DNA of 49,664 nucleotides from positions 1 through 49,664 of the forward strand of contig CALIXC010000260.1 in NCBI GenBank assembly GCA_938046755.1. The letters are read 5' to 3'. The notes beneath the pieces are model-generated. The model ran no database searches. It was not told where the DNA came from and was given only the letters and a program-made list of their open reading frames with translations. The position numbers were made by a program, and so were the translations under genes. Shown here piece by piece: positions 49,175-49,664 of the stretch. The stretch is from an uncultured Lautropia sp. (lineage in GTDB: Bacteria > Pseudomonadota > Gammaproteobacteria > Burkholderiales > Burkholderiaceae_E). Numbering within the stretch: the first letter of the stretch is position 1; every line of letters starts with the position of its first letter.

Positions 49175-49243
49175 AAAAAAGTAACCCCCGCGGTATTGAG
49201 CGTCACCGCAGCGAGCTGCAGGAGAGGCCTGGGGGGTGTTGTT
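49175..49243 (-). ncRNA. abiF-type RNA (candidate antitoxin), unit 1
   Basis: AACAACACCCCCCAGGCCUCUCCUGCAGCUCGCUGCGGUGACGCUCAAUACCGCGGGGGUUACUUUUUU: ACCCCC/GGGGGU outer stem, inner hairpin, U6 tract, between promoter and Abi start. Confidence 0.7.
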
Positions 49244-49250
49244 GAGGAGC

Positions 49251-49278
49251 ATTCTAGGCGAACATGGCCGAAAGTCAA
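49251..49278 (-). promoter_or_regulatory. Sigma70 promoter for RNA unit 1 and the Abi gene
   Basis: TTGACT (49278-49273), 16-bp spacer, TAGAAT (49256-49251). Confidence 0.75.
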
Positions 49279-49403
49279 GGGGCGTGAGGCCTTTGCCACG
49301 GTATGGTTGAAGATGTGGTCTTGGTGACCTGATGAGCGGGGGATGATGGGGTGTTGCGGTTGAAAGTTGGGCCCAAGAAGTTGCGGAAATGGTGATGGGT
49401 AAG

Positions 49404-49459
49404 AAAAAACCCCTTAGCAGCCATCCCGGTGATCTGGGACGACCGAAAGGGGCCGTGTT
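49404..49459 (-). ncRNA. Second small hairpin RNA of the same layout, unit 2 (orphan)
   Basis: AACACGGCCCCUUUCGGUCGUCCCAGAUCACCGGGAUGGCUGCUAAGGGGUUUUUU: GGCCCCUU/AAGGGGUU outer stem, CGGUCGUCCC/GGGAUGGCUG inner stem, U-tract. Confidence 0.6.
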
Positions 49460-49466
49460 GAGAACG

Positions 49467-49495
49467 ACTCTATACGGAAAGGCATGAGTTATCAA
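49467..49495 (-). promoter_or_regulatory. Sigma70 promoter for RNA unit 2
   Basis: TTGATA (49495-49490), 17-bp spacer, TAGAGT (49472-49467). Confidence 0.65.
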
Positions 49496-49593
49496 TGCGG
49501 TACAAGCATGCCTGGCCGCCATTTATTGGTAAGACACATTGATTAACAGTATTGCTGAAGGAAGGTGTTTGGTGACCGATGGAGGCAGAGACA

Positions 49594-49659
49594 GGAAGAA
49601 GATCCGCTTCCACGCCATGCGCGAGCACGCGGGGCTGGTGTTTCAGTCGGCGTGAGGGT
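49594..49659 (+). repeat. Direct repeat copy 2 (attR-like), duplicate of the prfC 3' end
   Basis: Encodes KKIRFHAMREHAGLVFQSA*; two synonymous differences from copy 1. Confidence 0.95.
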
Positions 49660-49664
49660 AACGC

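Larger units (their letters stand above)
47906..49659. mobile_element. Direct-repeat-flanked islet inserted at the prfC 3' end; no integrase
   Basis: 66-bp repeats 1,688 bp apart, visibly lower GC, defence/TA cargo. Confidence 0.8.

Noticed and set aside
49175..49495. True CRISPR array beside the HEPN gene
   Set aside because: The two RNA units share layout but not a repeated sequence, each has its own promoter, and no cas genes are present.
49166..49522. 118-aa minus-strand ORF upstream of the Abi gene
   Set aside because: Runs through two promoters and two terminator hairpins, Pro/Arg-rich, no RBS or domain; better explained as non-coding.

Overview
A GC-rich betaproteobacterial chromosome segment. 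Gene content and order (ubiK-comM, gshB-EIIA-ptsH-ptsI, metXW, DUF1840) point to Burkholderiales, plausibly an oral Lautropia-like organism; this is inference. Most of the window is housekeeping and transport: dalD, a YeiH-type exporter, MFS transporters, lldP, cystine ABC parts, selD, fruBKA, the general PTS, gshB, metXW, recQ, psd, queF-yhhQ and prfC. It also holds a decayed Na+/Ca2+ antiporter pseudogene, a doubly degenerate GGDEF-EAL protein and several orphan ORFs. The most notable region is around prfC. A ParDE toxin-antitoxin pair sits in front of queF-yhhQ on one side. On the other side is a 1,688-bp, lower-GC, integrase-less islet bounded by a 66-bp direct repeat of the prfC 3' end. 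The islet carries an AbiF/Abi_2 HEPN nuclease gene with an upstream promoter-hairpin-terminator RNA (abiF-type antitoxin candidate), a second separately promoted orphan RNA of the same layout, and a probable AbrB-type antitoxin relic. No rRNA, tRNA, CRISPR array, integrase or transposase was recognised.
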